Assembly (NCBI GenBank): GCA_964016885.1
Contig: OZ024743.1
Coordinates: 315,704,001 to 315,768,000, forward strand
Source: Eledone cirrhosa
Taxonomy: Eukaryota
DNA: 64,000 nt
Direction of reading: 5' to 3'
Under the pieces are notes generated by a model. That model was given only the letters and a program-made list of their open reading frames with translations, did not search any database and was not told where the DNA came from. The position numbers and the translations under genes are program-made. Positions 60,474 to 64,000 of this stretch are shown piece by piece; the first letter of the stretch is position 1, and each line of letters opens with the position of its first letter.

Positions 60474-60759
60474 TTCCTTTGTCAGTGTTGAACAAAAGGG
60501 CAACGATGGTTGCCGAACACTGTACGGCTAATAATTCGGGCTGTTTGTTTATAAACAAACCGAGCATTATAATAAATGTTCGTAAACCCGTACGTACATA
60601 TATATATATGTGTGCATGTATGTATGGATATACATACTACTGTATGGATATACATACTACTGTACGTCTGTATACATATATGTATGTACGTATAAATACT
60701 TATATTTAAGTATCAGCCGTACTAAGAGTGAGAAATGAAATTTCATTTCTTCATATATT

Positions 60760-60817
<58 letters not shown>

Positions 60818-60831
60818 ATATACATATATAT

Positions 60832-60874
<43 letters not shown>

Positions 60875-60943
60875 TATATATATATTTACATATATATATA
60901 TACATATATATATGTATATATATATATATATAAATATATACAC

Positions 60944-60974
<31 letters not shown>

Positions 60975-61045
60975 CACACATATATATAGCGTGCGTGAGT
61001 GTGTGTATGAGTATGTGTGAGTTTGTGTTTTTGTTTGTATATGTA

Positions 61046-61099
<54 letters not shown>

Positions 61100-61109
61100 C
61101 ATATATATA

Positions 61110-61200
<91 letters not shown>

Positions 61201-61246
61201 GATATTGATAAATGGAAACTTTATTTATAAAACCATATTTATTTCA

Positions 61247-61300
61247 TTATACATATTTCAGGGATACCAAATTAAAATATGGTATGCCTTCATCAGACAA
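61247..61300 (-). ncRNA. Hammerhead-like motif in a pLTR-like fragment (same family as 56972-57026)
   Basis: TTGT-CTGATGA-AGGCATACCA..TGGTATCCCT-GAAATATGTATAA; cleavage-site register imperfect. Confidence 0.55.
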
Positions 61301-62973
61301 AATACAATATATAACAGTTTTACAAATAAGCTTTGACGTACCCTATTAAAATGCAACCATTATTTTTGGAAGCCATCCGGATAGTTAGTTGTTTATATTA
61401 TTTTAATAAGTCATAGTGTTAAGGACAATTAGAAAAAGACGGAGAGAAAGAAAAAGACGGAGAGAGAGAAAGAAAAAACGTGGAGAAGTATCGGAGAGAG
61501 AGAGATGCATGGAGAAAAAAGAAAGAGATAAATAAAGACAGGAGGAAAGAAAGAAAAAAGGAATAAATAAGAAATAAGAAAAACAGAGGAAAGCAACAGA
61601 GAGATATTAAGTCATCAGACAGATAGAAAAACTCAAGAGAGAGAAATATTATATTGAAATGAAAACTTTACGTCATGTCATATTAAGTTGAGTTAACAAT
61701 TTATATGAAATGAATAATAAAAATATAAATATTACTATTCATGAATGGGACATAAATATATAATATGAGAAATTAAACTTTGTTCAATAATGACTACATG
61801 TTTAGTTTAAAACTTGAGATCAATATACCAAAATTTGGGTTTAATCAACTAAAATGCTAGAGAAATCAGTATCTTAGGCCAAGACACATAAATATATATA
61901 TATATATATATATATACGCACGTCCTGAAAATATATTTACTCAAGTCAACAATATAGACATACAAAAACGCAGACGATTTCTCTTAATCACTGATATACT
62001 TTCCTTGTGTTATAAAAAAGTTCACAGTATATATACGTAAATATATACGATTAACATTCATGTCTTCATATATACGATTACCATTCATGCATTTAACATT
62101 CTGTTAAAATTATGCATATCTGCAATCAAAACTGCGTGGTTAGGCAACATATCTCTTACTCACACACATAGATATACATATATATATATATACACACATG
62201 TATGTATAAAAAAATATTTGCGTGCGTCTTCCCGCATCGCTCATGTATACATACAGACATACATACAATCATAAAAAAACCTATAACACTTTTATATGCA
62301 TGTTAATACACACATACACATTTGTATAGAGATAATCAAATATTACTAAGGATTATACTTTGGAAATATAATTATAACAATATAAATTTAAAATACCAAA
62401 GGATTATATTTTGGAAATACAATTATATCAGTATAGTCAAAAGGACAAACGAATTCTAGAAATATCAAAGCATTAAATATGTTTAAAACACTATAGAGTA
62501 TCTTAAGTTAAAATAATATGTTTCATATATTTAGTATAGAAATTTATCCTACGTATATTTCAATCAAGATATTGAAAGGGTAGACTTATGAAAAGCTATC
62601 AGAATCAAAACAAAAGTAATAAAAATAAATAAAAATAAAAATAAAAATAAAAGTTAAATAAATATTATATCAATATAATTTAAAAATTTAAAAATTTAAA
62701 AATTTAAAAAATTTAAAATAGTTTAAAAAATTAAAAAATTTAAAAATTTTAAAGATTTTAAAAAACCCAAGGATTCTACAGATATCCTTATATTTAGTAT
62801 AGAAATTTATCTTACGTATATTTTATTTAAGACATTGGAAGTATAGACATTTTAGAGTAGTTTATTATATCTATGTTTATATTTAGGAAGAAAGTTTAAA
62901 AAGAAAAAGGTGAAGGAATCTCATGATTTATCGACAGGTTTCATATATTAACTAAATTACTTAATTAATTATA

Positions 62974-64000
62974 CTACATTTTAAATTTATATTTATATTT
63001 AAACGTTGAGTTCAATCTATGTCTGCAGCAACTGAATAAATTGTTCCTTAAATTAAGGGAATTTTTGGACTTTAATATAAAGAATATTTCTTCAATACAA
63101 AGATCACAATTTTCTGAAGAGGAATTAAAAGGAGTAGCTTTTGAAATAATATTCCAAGTCATCGAATATTTAACATTATCTCGTTTTAGGTCCCATAGTA
63201 GGCTAGATAGCGAAGTTGAAGATTTTTTGTTTGGATCTGTGAAAGAATTTTTATGATTATTGAAGCGAAATTTAAATTCTGTAGAGGTAGAACCAACATA
63301 GTTAAATGAATTTAAATTAGTTTTAACATTACAATTGTACACTACATTTTTAGCTAAGCAGTTGTTATTTAACGGACAGTTAGATTTATTTCTACAGTTA
63401 CAGTTATTCAATTGAATATTGCTTGGGTTATTATTGGTATTTTGGTTAGGTTTTAAATTTCTATTATTAATTCTATTAATATTTTGTGCTAAATTTTTGG
63501 TGGACGAGTAAGTTAATTTTATAGTGTGTCTATTAAAAATTGAGTAATATTTATGTGTTCTAGGGAAGCGTTTGTCAAGAGCTTTAAAGAATAGTTTAGC
63601 AATATGGGTTTTAATATTTAGTGAGAAAGGGGGAACAAACCATAATATATTTCTAGTTCTATTTCTTTTTCGGCTTTTGGAATTATTGTAATGTTTTCTA
63701 TTATAGTTGTTAAAGTTGTTACCATAATTAAAATTGTTATTATTTTGGTTAGTTTGCTTATTATTATTATTATCAATGTATTTAATTTTATTTCTATATC
63801 CAGCTCTACCTAACGCTTCGTTGTAGTACTGCGCTTTTTCATCAAATATAATTTTATTAGATGAAATTCTTGAAATTCTTTCTTGAACAGAGTTTACTAT
63901 AGTATTTTTAACAGATCTGGGGTGATTAGAGTTAAAATTAACATAATTCAAGTTCTCATTAAGTTTGTGAAATGGATAATGAAGACATGTGTTGAGATTT
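62974..64000 (-). mobile_element. Penelope-like element ORF C-terminal half (RT thumb, Cys-rich linker, GIY-YIG); continues beyond the window
   Basis: 325-aa open frame: YVNFNSNHP, EALGRAGY, ILWFVPPFS, CNCRNKSNCPLNNNCL, VVYNC..YVGST..FKFRFNNH, CDLCIEE, CCRH. Confidence 0.9.

Larger units (their letters stand above)
59650..60750. mobile_element. ORF-less ~423-bp hammerhead-bearing unit: one copy (-) plus ~1.7 tandem copies (+), flanked by (TA)n
   Basis: Hammerheads at 60010 and 60433 are 423 bp apart; 59700-59997 is the reverse complement of ~60333-60630. Confidence 0.87.

Overview
Repeat-dense, gene-free eukaryotic DNA. The SINE families and microsatellite load suggest an octopod cephalopod (inference only). 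Positions 1-16.5 kb are a 16-bp CA-rich satellite with kb-scale higher-order blocks, and its giant His/Thr ORFs are artefacts. Positions 19.3-39.9 kb hold four decayed Tx1/L1-clade LINEs, each with its 5' end directly on an (ATT)n tract, followed by an R4/Dong-type RT fragment on the other strand of the last tract. Positions 40.5-64 kb are a nest of Penelope-like elements (PLEs: RT/GIY-YIG fragments) and ORF-less 0.4-0.55 kb units carrying type I hammerhead ribozyme motifs, arranged as tandem plus inverted copies in (TA)n. This part includes a 6.4-kb inverted repeat with a hammerhead at each outer end and several near-perfect palindromes. No host protein-coding gene could be supported. Coordinates were read by eye and element edges are approximate.
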